Shown here in pieces: positions 54,820 to 64,000 of a stretch of DNA of 64,000 nt. Below the pieces are notes generated by a model. That model saw nothing but the letters and a program-made list of their open reading frames with translations. It did not search any database and was not told the origin of the DNA. Made by a program: the position numbers and the translations under genes. The stretch's first letter is position 1; each line of letters begins with the position of its first letter. The stretch is from an uncultured Gammaproteobacteria bacterium (GTDB taxonomy: Bacteria; Patescibacteriota; Microgenomatia; CAYSOG01), in NCBI GenBank assembly GCA_964432675.1, contig CAYSOG010000002.1:6975-70974 (forward strand). Direction: 5' to 3'.

Positions 54820-55710
54820 TTATCTTAGGATGCCTGTTGTGTAGAAGTCAAACAACTGATTGCCAAAAATAAGCGTTAAAACACTTGAAGCGAGTAAAAA
54901 CGGACCAAACGGAATAGTTTGTTTTAACCGCCGCTTTCCGAACACGAGCAGCGAAAGTCCAACAATCGCTCCGGATAAAAACGCTCCAAAAAGCATTACT
55001 AAGCTATTGGGCCAGCCATTGACTAACCCTAAAACGAGCACAAGCTTCACATCACCACCACCCATTCCTTTGCCTTTTGTGGCAATAATCAATGAGAAGA
55101 AAAATAATGCCATCCCGACCCCAACCGCAATTGATTGCCAAAATGGTGTAACTAAGGCCGCAAAATATGCTGCTAAAAAGGACAGCTGTGCCAGCTGGTT
55201 TGGACCGAAGGAAAAATTCGAAAGAAACGCATATGTATGTATTAAGGGCAGTACTAGCAATACCAGTTGATAAAAAAGTGTGGTAAATAACGCAAAAAAC
55301 ACAAGGCTGTCAGGTAACAGTTCATGCAACAGGTCAATATAGAACAAAGCTGCAAAAGTACTAAATAAGACAAGGAAATATCCAAACGTGATTATTTGTG
55401 TCGTATTTAAAACTTCAGCACTCCCGATGGTTAAAGCGTAAGCTAACACGAATAATATGCCAACGGTTAATTCGATAAGTGGGTAGAGGCGCGACAATGG
55501 CGCATGGCAATGACGACACTTGGCACCAAGGATGATGTAACTTACAACAGGCACTAAGTCGATGAATTGCAATGGTTTTTGGCAAAATTCACACATCGAC
55601 CGGCCTTGAACAACCGATTTTCCCTTTGGTAAGCGAAAAACCACCACGCCAATAAAGCTGCCAACTATAAAACCTAAGCATAATAAGAGCAGGTAGGGCA
55701 GGGTAGTCAT
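54820..55710 (-). CDS. pilD: prepilin peptidase PilD (A24 family)
   Basis: N-terminal tetra-Cys motif (CEFCQ...CRHC) and a multi-TM A24 core with DxK-type residues (GGGDVKL). The start is at the internal Met (MTTLPYLL); the track ORF extends to 55779. Confidence 0.85.
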   Translation of the reverse strand: MTTLPYLLLLCLGFIVGSFIGVVVFRLPKGKSVVQGRSMCEFCQKPLQFIDLVPVVSYIILGAKCRHCHAPLSRLYPLIELTVGILFVLAYALTIGSAEVLNTTQIITFGYFLVLFSTFAALFYIDLLHELLPDSLVFFALFTTLFYQLVLLVLPLIHTYAFLSNFSFGPNQLAQLSFLAAYFAALVTPFWQSIAVGVGMALFFFSLIIATKGKGMGGGDVKLVLVLGLVNGWPNSLVMLFGAFLSGAIVGLSLLVFGKRRLKQTIPFGPFLLASSVLTLIFGNQLFDFYTTGILR

Positions 55711-55820
55711 AAAATTTCCGAAGGTTGGTATTTTGCCAATATAATAGACGACATACAAGCGGGTAGGACCTGTTTCCATTCCTTGGCCCTAGACCCGCCT
55801 GAATGTTGTTCTCGTTATAA

Positions 55821-56324
55821 TTACAAGCTCATATTCGTTCCAGTTTCGTACAAGGTTGCGCTTGTTCCACCATCGTTTTGCATCGTTGCCGTATTGGCGG
55901 TTGATTCAAGCGATGTTTCAAGTTTATACGTTTGGCCATCTGCAGATGTCTTAAAGTTATAGCAGTTTGGTGTGGTATTCAATGGATCAGATGGCAGTGC
56001 CGGTAACTGTGTTGTAATCGATAAACCAGAAGCTGCGCTAAATTGTACCCATGAACCAGGATTACCGCATGAATTTAATGATGCCGATGTGTTAAACGGC
56101 GCCGCTGAACTGGTGGCATTGGCGATCGTTAGGTCGATGGCTTTGCGGACTTCTCCGATTTCGCTCAGTCGTCTTGAGTCACGGCCTTTCTTTAACGTAT
56201 CAAGCGGGTTAATTGCGACGAGAACGACAACGGCCAAGATTGCAACGATAGCGATAACGACCAATAATTCGATCAGGGTAAAACCTTCTTGCCGCTTTTG
56301 TGTTAGTTTATACATACTAGTCAC
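55821..56324 (-). CDS. type IV pilin-like protein
   Basis: EG/FTLIELLVVIAIVAILAVVVL. Confidence 0.7.
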   Translation of the reverse strand: MTSMYKLTQKRQEGFTLIELLVVIAIVAILAVVVLVAINPLDTLKKGRDSRRLSEIGEVRKAIDLTIANATSSAAPFNTSASLNSCGNPGSWVQFSAASGLSITTQLPALPSDPLNTTPNCYNFKTSADGQTYKLETSLESTANTATMQNDGGTSATLYETGTNMSL

Positions 56325-56351
56325 CTCCTTTCAGTTAAATAACAATATTTT

Positions 56352-56912
56352 CTAAAATACGGTTGCACCAGGTCCAGGCGCTGCCGGTCCGCAATACCAA
56401 CCGGCTTTCGTCGTTGTTAATGTTGCTGTATAAGCAAAGTACGTGTTAGCCGTTGTACATGTTGTTACTGCACCAGCACCGGCATTGTTTGCTAATGTGA
56501 CGCTCTGCTGCGATACCGTTTTGGCGTACGCAATCATGTTGCCACAAACCGACGCCCCACCAGATTGGCAGTCAGTAGCACCAGATAAACAGGTGTTGCC
56601 GCTTCCAGCACAATAGCCTCCTGCAGCTGTGGAAGGCTCAGGCAATACGGTTGACTTCATGTCTCCAGCTGTTACCATAATTGACTGCGTTCTGGCATAG
56701 GTTGGTGACCCACCAGCTCCTATCGCAGTGTAATATGCTTGTGCCGAATTGCCGACTGAACTAACATTGTTCTTTGCCGACGCATCAATACCGCGGTTAA
56801 TTTGTTCAAGTGGATTAATGGCTATTAAAACTATTGCGGCCAATACGCCAATAATGGCAATAACAACTAATAGTTCGATTAAAGTAAAGCCTTGTTGTTG
56901 TAATTTACGCAT
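56352..56912 (-). CDS. type IV pilin, candidate major pilin
   Basis: MRKLQQQG/FTLIELLVVIAIIGVLAAIVLIAINP, with C-terminal Cys residues. It is preceded by a 300-nt intergenic region and GGAAGGTGG RBS, consistent with its own strong promoter. Confidence 0.7.
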   Translation of the reverse strand: MRKLQQQGFTLIELLVVIAIIGVLAAIVLIAINPLEQINRGIDASAKNNVSSVGNSAQAYYTAIGAGGSPTYARTQSIMVTAGDMKSTVLPEPSTAAGGYCAGSGNTCLSGATDCQSGGASVCGNMIAYAKTVSQQSVTLANNAGAGAVTTCTTANTYFAYTATLTTTKAGWYCGPAAPGPGATVF

Positions 56913-57212
56913 ATTTGATCACCACCTTCCTTAAAGAAATAGGCGAGTGCGCCGAAAAAATATTATGCAAATATAAATATGAAGGCCAATTCATGCCCGA
57001 AGTTCCAGCGGAAAAAGGTATAGATGTTTTTACTGTCTTTGAGATACCAGTTGATACCGATGCGGATTGGAAAATATAGGAAGATAAGACGCGCATCATG
57101 CGGCAAAGCAATAATATCGCGCGTGCAAAAACGTGCTGGGTGGGCAGGATGTTCATAATTTGTCTCTTATACTATTGTTGTCATAATGCAGTTTAAAATA
57201 CAAGCCGCTATT

Positions 57213-57692
57213 TTAGTACGGTAAAGGCTCGGCAGCATCACATTCTGCGCCAGTTTGCTCAGTGCGTGACCGCCAAACAAAATATGGCATACCACTACCA
57301 CACTGGCTTTTCTGTATCTTTGACTGCAAAATAGTATACACAACCGCATTGGTGCCATCATACTGGTAACAATAGTTGTTATTATTATTGACAGAACAAA
57401 CCGAACCATTTTTATTGTCTGGTATGGCTTTTAGGTCGGTATTCGCGATAAGGTTTGTGACCCAACTACCGTTTGCAGGTGGGTATTGCGATTGGTTAGT
57501 AACGTAATAGCTCGCTAACGATGTCCCTAATAAATGGATGCCTTGCTCCCGCTGGCTGTCCCAGGCCCGGTTAAACTGTTCCAGCGGGTTAACCGCCAAC
57601 ATAACAATCGATGCGAGCACACCAATTAGCGCAATGACTACAAGTAATTCAACAAGCGTAAAACCTAGTTCCAATTTTTGGCGTTTTTTCAT
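57213..57692 (-). CDS. type IV pilin-like protein
   Basis: MKKRQKLELG/FTLVELLVVIALIGVLASIV. Confidence 0.7.
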   Translation of the reverse strand: MKKRQKLELGFTLVELLVVIALIGVLASIVMLAVNPLEQFNRAWDSQREQGIHLLGTSLASYYVTNQSQYPPANGSWVTNLIANTDLKAIPDNKNGSVCSVNNNNNYCYQYDGTNAVVYTILQSKIQKSQCGSGMPYFVWRSRTEQTGAECDAAEPLPY

Positions 57693-57713
57693 AGTTATAG
57701 TTAATAGTTATAG

Positions 57714-58919
57714 TTAAAACGACTGCGTGATCTTATAAATCGGCAAGATAATTGATAGGATCAAGAAACCAACACCGATACCTAATATCACCATAATAAT
57801 TGGCTCAAGAGCGACGGTTAAATTCTTAATCTTTTGTTCTGCTTCAACTTCATAGTAATGTGACAATTTTAGTAACACATCGCCTAATTTTCCGGTTTCC
57901 TCACCAGTTCGTACCATGAACTGAACAATTTTAGGGAAGTAGCTTTCATTCACAAGTGATTGGGCCAGTGTAAAGCCTTTTTCGACATTCTGAGCTGCAG
58001 CAGCGAATTCACGCTCATAGTAAACGCTCCCGCTTGTTTTTGAAACGATACGCAATGCCTCAATAATTGGCACACCCGATATGACAAGAAGGCCAAGTGT
58101 CCGCGTTACTTCGGTAAGGATATTGATTTTCCGTGACTGTCCGAATATTGGTACACGGAAATAAAGGGTATCCAAGACGTCTTTACCTAGCGCTGTATTT
58201 TTCCATTTCATGAAGGTAACAATGCCGAGTGCAATAAGTAAAATAATAAGCCACCACAATTTCACCGTAATATTTGAAATGCTAATTAATATGAGAGTAG
58301 GTAACGGCAATTGAGTCCCTAAATTTGAATAAATCGACGAAAGCTTTGGAATAACAAAAATCATCATAATAAACATCACAACAAACATGCCGGTCAGAAC
58401 AATTGCCGGGTAAATGAGGGCTCCTTTGGTTTTTGACCGGAATTCTTTTTGTTTCTCGAGCGTGTCGGCCAAGCGGGTAATAATCTGTTCTAACAAACCC
58501 GAGGCCTCACCTGCCCGAATTAAAGCAATGTACGTTGGGGAAAAGACGTGCGGAAACTTTTCGAATGCCTGCGATAAACTTTGGCCGCCTTGGACGTCAC
58601 GGTAAATGCTTTCGTACATTTCCTTAACTGAACGCTTGGTTGACTGTGACTGTAAAATTGTGAGCGACTCTGATATTGATAAACCTGATGTGACCATAAT
58701 GGCAAATTGCCGACTAAAGTTTAAAAGGTCAGTTTCAGTCACTCGGTCAAATAATTTAAATGCGCCTAAAAGACTTTTTTTCTCGCTTTGTTCAATTTTT
58801 ATAATGAAAAGTTTATGCTCCCGAAGTGTCGTTGCGACAGAACGCTCATCAGGCGCTTCCATTTCGCCGACTACAGGGCGACCCGTTGGGTCTTTTGCAG
58901 AGTAATGAAAATTAGGCAT
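57714..58919 (-). CDS. pilC: type IV pilus platform protein PilC (two GspF/T2SSF domains)
   Basis: Two T2SSF repeats with interspersed TM helices. Confidence 0.85.
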   Translation of the reverse strand: MPNFHYSAKDPTGRPVVGEMEAPDERSVATTLREHKLFIIKIEQSEKKSLLGAFKLFDRVTETDLLNFSRQFAIMVTSGLSISESLTILQSQSTKRSVKEMYESIYRDVQGGQSLSQAFEKFPHVFSPTYIALIRAGEASGLLEQIITRLADTLEKQKEFRSKTKGALIYPAIVLTGMFVVMFIMMIFVIPKLSSIYSNLGTQLPLPTLILISISNITVKLWWLIILLIALGIVTFMKWKNTALGKDVLDTLYFRVPIFGQSRKINILTEVTRTLGLLVISGVPIIEALRIVSKTSGSVYYEREFAAAAQNVEKGFTLAQSLVNESYFPKIVQFMVRTGEETGKLGDVLLKLSHYYEVEAEQKIKNLTVALEPIIMVILGIGVGFLILSIILPIYKITQSF

Positions 58920-58933
58920 GGCGGTTGCTTATT

Positions 58934-60022
58934 TTATTGTTTATTTTCTCCCGGTTGGGTAAGGCTGCGGGTTCTAATTTGTCGCATTAAGTCTTCAGGA
59001 TATGGCGCGTACGCCTTCGCTGTTTCTAACGAAATCATGCCGTTTCGCACTAATTGGCCAAGTGATGCCTCGAGGGTGATCATCCCCATTTCGCCTGAGG
59101 TTTGGATAATATTACCAATTAGATGGCTTTTGCCTTCACGAATAACGTTTCTCACGGCTGGCGTGGCTATTAAGACTTCCGCCGCTAGCGCTCTGCCACC
59201 TTCAATTTGCGGAATTAACCGTTGAGAAATAACCCCTTCAAGCGTATTGGAAAGCTGCAAGCGGGCCTGTTCTTTGGCTTGCTCGGGGAAAACGTCAACA
59301 ATGCGGTCCATGGTTTGTGCCGCATTATTCGTGTGTAAGGTCGCTAACACTAAGTGGCCCGTTTCGGCAACGGTTAAGGCAGCAGAAATTGTTTCATAGT
59401 CACGCATTTCGCCAATGAAAACAACATCAGGATCCTCCCGCAATGCTGACCGCAGCGCTAAATCCCAAGAATGAGTATCAAAATGCATTTCGCGCTGGGA
59501 AACCAGGGCCTTGGCCTTCGGAAAAACATACTCAATAGGGTCTTCAATGGTTAAAATATGGACTGGCCGCTGCGTATTAATTTCATTCAAAATTGCCGCG
59601 ATTGTGGTGGATTTGCCATGGCCAGTTGGTCCTGAAACGACAACAAACCCTTGCTTCAAAGTTGCGAACGTATGTGCGATTTTCGGCAACTTTAGTTCAT
59701 CGATAGCCCGTATCATCATTGGCAAATAACGCAACGCAACTGCCATGTGGCCACGCTCATAATAGGCATTTACACGAAATCGTGCAGAGTCGCTATAAGT
59801 AAAGGAAAAATCAATTTCCTTATTAACCAGCAAAAGCTCATTCTGCTCTTGCGGCAAAATACTACTGAGCAAATGGTCGATTTCTTCGTCGGATAAAGCG
59901 GCTGTATTGGGCAGTTCACTTAGCATGCCGTCAATGCGAATCATTGGCGGCGTCCCAACCAGAAGATGCAAGTCGGAAGCATTTCGTTTTACTGTTTCGC
60001 TTAATAACTCATTGATTTCCAT
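58934..60022 (-). CDS. pilT: twitching-motility retraction ATPase PilT
   Basis: Walker A GPTGHGKSTT, the Asp box and His box, and a PilT-type N-terminus (DLHLLVGTPPMIRIDG). Confidence 0.85.
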   Translation of the reverse strand: MEINELLSETVKRNASDLHLLVGTPPMIRIDGMLSELPNTAALSDEEIDHLLSSILPQEQNELLLVNKEIDFSFTYSDSARFRVNAYYERGHMAVALRYLPMMIRAIDELKLPKIAHTFATLKQGFVVVSGPTGHGKSTTIAAILNEINTQRPVHILTIEDPIEYVFPKAKALVSQREMHFDTHSWDLALRSALREDPDVVFIGEMRDYETISAALTVAETGHLVLATLHTNNAAQTMDRIVDVFPEQAKEQARLQLSNTLEGVISQRLIPQIEGGRALAAEVLIATPAVRNVIREGKSHLIGNIIQTSGEMGMITLEASLGQLVRNGMISLETAKAYAPYPEDLMRQIRTRSLTQPGENKQ

Positions 60023-60082
60023 ATGGACAGATGATCAATATTTATTGTTTACTTTGGAACCGTATAATAAAACAATCGCAAT

Positions 60083-61795
60083 TTAGTCTTGGGCTACCCG
60101 TAGAACTTCTTCAATTGTTGTAATGCCTTCCAAGGCTTTCATATACCCATCTTGTTTCATTGTTATCATGCCCTCAGCCTCTGCTTCTTTTTCTATTTCA
60201 TTCAGTGGTGCATGCTCTAATACCAGCTTAGCAAGTTGTTCGGAAATGGGCAATACTTCATAGATGCCAATTCGCCCTAAATAGCCAGTATTGTTGCAGT
60301 GGTTGCAGCCTTTACCCTTAACCAATGTTTTTTTGTCACTTGCATATAGTTTGCCTAAAACGTTTTTTATATCTGCCATTACGGGCTCGGGCGGCACAAA
60401 TTGTTCCCGACAATTTTCACAAACCCGCCGAACAACGCGCTGTGCTTCAACACAATTTACCGCGGAAGCGATCAAGAATGGTTCCGCACCCAAATCTAGT
60501 AGTCGTGGTAACGAGCCAGCAGCAGTATTAGTATGTAATGTTGAAAAGACCAAATGTCCCGTTAATGCCGCTTGAATAGCTAATTCCGTTGTTTCCTTAT
60601 CACGAATTTCGCCGACCATAATAATGTTTGGGTCTTGACGTAAAAATGATCGAAGGCCGTCGGCAAATGTTAAACCGACCTGTGAATTAATTTGGACCTG
60701 GTTGACACCGGGCATTTGGTATTCCACCGGGTCTTCCAATGTGACAATGTTCACGCGATCCGTATTTAACTGCGTAAGGATAGAATATAATGTTGTCGTT
60801 TTTCCGGAACCAGTTGGCCCGGTTATAAGAATAACGCCGTGTGGACGGAGCATTTGGGTTTGCAAATGCTTCAACGCCATACCGCGCAAACCTAAATCGG
60901 CCAATGTCGGTACGCCGCCCGTTTTTTTCAGCAACCGCATGACAATTTTTTCATTGTAGACCACGGGTAGGGTAGAAACACGCAAATCGATTTCTTCGTT
61001 TCCTACCTTAAAATTAAACCGGCCGTCTTGCGGTATCCTTTTTTCGTCGATCTTCATGCCCGAAAGAATTTTTATTCTTGAGACGATAGCATCATGGAGC
61101 GCTTTATGGAGCGACAATTTTTCTTGTAAGATGCCATCAATGCGGTACCGAACCCGGGTGCGGTCTTCAAGGGGTTCAATGTGGATATCGGAAGCCCGCA
61201 TTTTAATACCATATTCTAAAAGGGTAGATACGATTTGGGCGACTGGGGCATCGCGTTCAATTTTCAACTCTTTGGCAGTATCTTCAGCCGGCACGTTTTT
61301 CGCATTGCCGCCAGCCGCTTCTGAGCCAACTTCTTTGAGGGCTGCCGTTACCTCGGTTGTTAAACTTGAAGAATATTGTGCCTTGATTGCGGCTGCAATA
61401 TTTTCTGCAGATGCCATGTATGGCTTAATGCGTTTATTGCTTTTTCGCTCTAAAAACTCGATCAATTGCAAATCAAGCGGGTCTGCCATTGCAACCGATA
61501 ACCAAATGCCGTCCTTGCTCAGTTCAAACGGAACGGCACTATACTTTTCGGCAGTCGCCTGGGGTATAGTGGCTAATGCTTCTGCTGGAATTTGGTTCGT
61601 TAAGGTAATATAGGGAATGCCAAGCAGTTCAGCTTTCGCTTCAGACATGGCTTCTTCCGGCACAAGCTGGCGGCGCCGGATAATTTCCTCAACGCTATCA
61701 CCAGTATTAATGCTTTCGAGCCTAATCGACGAAAGTTGCTCTTGGGTAATGAGCTTCTTTTGTGCTAAGATTTCTTCTAAACTTCGTGTTGCCAT
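60083..61795 (-). CDS. pilB: type IV pilus assembly ATPase PilB (GspE family)
   Basis: N-terminal GSPII_E_N-like domain, Walker A GPTGSGKTTT, and a tetra-Cys zinc motif (CENC...CNHC). Confidence 0.85.
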   Translation of the reverse strand: MATRSLEEILAQKKLITQEQLSSIRLESINTGDSVEEIIRRRQLVPEEAMSEAKAELLGIPYITLTNQIPAEALATIPQATAEKYSAVPFELSKDGIWLSVAMADPLDLQLIEFLERKSNKRIKPYMASAENIAAAIKAQYSSSLTTEVTAALKEVGSEAAGGNAKNVPAEDTAKELKIERDAPVAQIVSTLLEYGIKMRASDIHIEPLEDRTRVRYRIDGILQEKLSLHKALHDAIVSRIKILSGMKIDEKRIPQDGRFNFKVGNEEIDLRVSTLPVVYNEKIVMRLLKKTGGVPTLADLGLRGMALKHLQTQMLRPHGVILITGPTGSGKTTTLYSILTQLNTDRVNIVTLEDPVEYQMPGVNQVQINSQVGLTFADGLRSFLRQDPNIIMVGEIRDKETTELAIQAALTGHLVFSTLHTNTAAGSLPRLLDLGAEPFLIASAVNCVEAQRVVRRVCENCREQFVPPEPVMADIKNVLGKLYASDKKTLVKGKGCNHCNNTGYLGRIGIYEVLPISEQLAKLVLEHAPLNEIEKEAEAEGMITMKQDGYMKALEGITTIEEVLRVAQD

Positions 61796-61934
61796 AGGAA
61801 CAAAAAAGGGATACGTGCCTCTTTTCTATTGTGCTGTGTCATGCTATAACTTGTCAATGGAGAGGATAATAGTAGAAATTAAAAAGTAAAATGGAATATT
61901 ACATACAAAAGACCAATATGTATTACTTTGTTGT

Positions 61935-62651
61935 ATGACCAAATCGTATCTTCTTATTTCAAACGATGATGGGTGGCTTCAAACGCAGACATTGCGCCTT
62001 GTATCGACAGATGAAAAGAGCGAGTGGGATAAGCTTGCCACAAACCCCGATACTTATTTTGTCCAAGCCAAAAAAACTATCGGTATAGACCATGTGCGAA
62101 ACTTAATCGCTGCGGTCTCTTTAAAACCGTACCAGGAACTACAAAGAGTTGCCATTATCGAAAATGCCCACCATCTTACTCAAGAGGCCCAAAATGCACT
62201 CCTCAAGCTGCTTGAAGAACCGCCTACCCAAACGACCATATTCTTATGGGCAAGTGATCAGACAATACTATTGCCAACGCTCGTTTCTCGATGTTTTGTC
62301 GTTTCTAATACAACGCCAACCGCAATACAAGCCACACCAGAAAACCAGGGCCACATCGAAGCGTTATTGCAGGATAGTTATGGGGAGCGACTGCTAGAAG
62401 CCAAAAAAATCCAGGCCGATGAAACAATGAGAGGGTCATTTATTGCAGATGCGTTATATTTTTTTCGTTCATTGCTCTTGTCTGACACAGCAATGCATCC
62501 AAATTTATCAAGGCCAAAAATTATACAGGCAATCGAAACGCTTTTACGGTTTGAAACACTTACCGCAAAACAAATTAATTCCCATTTTTTAATTGATTTA
62601 GTAGTCCTAAAACTACCAAGGCTACCGAAAAAAGACACCAACGCTCGTTGA
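61935..62651 (+). CDS. holB: DNA polymerase III delta-prime subunit (HolB)-like, short form
   Basis: AHHLTQEAQNALLKLLEEPP and PTLVSRC motifs. The N-terminal Walker A region is degenerate. Confidence 0.6.
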   Translation: MTKSYLLISNDDGWLQTQTLRLVSTDEKSEWDKLATNPDTYFVQAKKTIGIDHVRNLIAAVSLKPYQELQRVAIIENAHHLTQEAQNALLKLLEEPPTQTTIFLWASDQTILLPTLVSRCFVVSNTTPTAIQATPENQGHIEALLQDSYGERLLEAKKIQADETMRGSFIADALYFFRSLLLSDTAMHPNLSRPKIIQAIETLLRFETLTAKQINSHFLIDLVVLKLPRLPKKDTNAR

Positions 62652-63415
62652 CGCACTGCCAGTCGATCTGCCTTAATAGGAGTATGGCTGCCCAAACGCA
62701 CAATGCCTACAACCAATCGGGCTTTTCTCAATTACTTATTATCCTCGTTGTACTAGTTGCCCTCGTCGCAACAACCATTGCCATTCGACATACGCAAGAT
62801 TTGCATTCACAAGCCCAAGTTTTTCCCGCTACGGCACCATGCAAAGTTGAACCATGCACTGCCACTAATATGGATGATTCTCCCGGTTTTGTCTTTAACC
62901 TTGCCCTAACAGGGAAAGGCCAAGCCATTAACGACGGCGGTACAAGTGCCGATGCCTTTATCAGTAAAGTCAGGAAAAGTGGCCTTGGCAGCGGTATTAG
63001 TAATGATGACATCGCAGCAATCTACAATGTATCCCTAGCTGATATTAAAGTTAATCCTGTTTTACTGTTTGCCTTCTGGGGTACAGAGCAAGGCTTTAAC
63101 CCAGCAGCCAGGGATTATGCGTTTAGTTGCCAACCAGCGAGCCAACAAGAAAGTTGGCAAAAAAATTTCAATGTCCAATTACATTGTGCAGTCGACACCA
63201 TATCAACTGAAATGGACCACTTTGCTATTTACAAACAATTTAAGCATTATCCGGTGACAATGGACGATTATGCCAATCCAACAGGCAATACTTGTCTTTA
63301 TACCGATGCGACACTCTATGCGCTTGAAGTGTATGGCCCAATTTGTCACAAGCATGATAACAATGAGGCATTCCGGACAAATTTAACGAATTACTACCGG
63401 CAAATTACCCAGTAA
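62648..63415 (+). CDS. membrane-anchored hypothetical protein
   Basis: TM anchor (FSQLLIILVVLVALVATTIAI) plus a Cys-containing extracytoplasmic domain. The start may be the internal MAAQ. Confidence 0.5.
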   Translation: MTHCQSICLNRSMAAQTHNAYNQSGFSQLLIILVVLVALVATTIAIRHTQDLHSQAQVFPATAPCKVEPCTATNMDDSPGFVFNLALTGKGQAINDGGTSADAFISKVRKSGLGSGISNDDIAAIYNVSLADIKVNPVLLFAFWGTEQGFNPAARDYAFSCQPASQQESWQKNFNVQLHCAVDTISTEMDHFAIYKQFKHYPVTMDDYANPTGNTCLYTDATLYALEVYGPICHKHDNNEAFRTNLTNYYRQITQ

Positions 63416-63417
63416 TT

Positions 63418-64000
63418 ATGGAGACTAAAAAATCAAGCACAACAGGTAATATTACCCAAGCTGTCGTTATCCTTTTGGCTTTTATCATTGTTGGAGCCGT
63501 CGTTTTCGTTATTGGGACAAATAGGGTAAAAAGAAATCTAAACCCCTTGCAAAAGAAGACTACCGGTAGTCAGAAAATGGACTTGAATACTTTTCAAGCA
63601 AATTTCAGCAAAAACCTAATGGCAGTTAATCTTACCTTTGACAAAAATAAGATGCCAAACTTGACTATCAACCATATCACGAAACGAATTGGCTATATTG
63701 CGCCATATGTCAGTTATGCCAATGGTTATGAACTTGATGTATTAGATGGCCAAGGGAAGGTCATTGATAAACGACTATTTGTTGTCCCGAACCAAATATT
63801 ATATGACCAACCAAAAAGCACTGATGGTGGCGGCACTATTGAACTCACCCAAGAAACCTTTAATATCGACTTTCTCTACAAGGATAATGCTTCAACGCTT
63901 CGCTTAATTGGTCAAGACAAAAAAGTCATTATGAAAAAGCCTATTGGCAAACTTGCACAAGCCGAACTTTCGGATATGGTTGCAACACTTTTTGTACCAG
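63418..64000 (+). CDS. partial CDS (runs off the window end) for a membrane-anchored hypothetical protein
   Basis: ATG at 63418 begins an open frame to the window end (METKKSSTTGNITQAVVILLAFIIVGAVVFVIG...). The track missed it because there is no stop. Confidence 0.45.
   Translation, partial: METKKSSTTGNITQAVVILLAFIIVGAVVFVIGTNRVKRNLNPLQKKTTGSQKMDLNTFQANFSKNLMAVNLTFDKNKMPNLTINHITKRIGYIAPYVSYANGYELDVLDGQGKVIDKRLFVVPNQILYDQPKSTDGGGTIELTQETFNIDFLYKDNASTLRLIGQDKKVIMKKPIGKLAQAELSDMVATLFVP

Overview
This 64 kb window looks like part of a streamlined, monoderm-type bacterial genome (about 45% GC). There is no outer-membrane secretin, and lipoproteins with Cys-lipobox signals are common.

Housekeeping content:
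- a threonyl-tRNA synthetase lacking the N-terminal editing domain
- infC (AUU start)-rpmI-rplT
- pheS and pheT (pheT lacks its OB-fold domain)
- a class A penicillin-binding protein
- recG, rpmF, nusB, rnc
- rpsP, a KH-domain protein and trmD
- a short holB
- tRNA-Val(GAC) and tRNA-Tyr(GUA)

One large minus-strand type IV pilus locus runs from about 47.4 to 61.8 kb. It holds pilB, pilT, pilC, nine pilin-like genes, pilD, a PilX-like gene, pilM, pilN and pilO.

The main unusual content:
- An archaeal/eukaryotic-type tyrosyl-tRNA synthetase is paired with a class I tRNA-Tyr that carries the archaeal C1-G72 identity pair. That tRNA is bracketed by a 15-nt leader/trailer inverted repeat.
- Three S-adenosylmethionine-decarboxylase-fold paralogs sit together with an unknown gene, and all three have Gly in place of the pyruvoyl-precursor Ser.
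- A membrane GT2 synthase is fused to a GH26-like hydrolase, next to a standalone GH26 paralog.
- A five-gene array mixes three lipoprotein paralogs with two membrane-anchored paralogs.
- A repeat of about 45-60 nt sits in the rpmI leader and again, as a 12-bp-stem palindrome, downstream of tyrS.
- Two double zinc-ribbon membrane proteins sit next to two standalone Clp_N-repeat proteins.

No CRISPR array, integrase, transposase or obvious defence genes were found. Many start codons are estimates.
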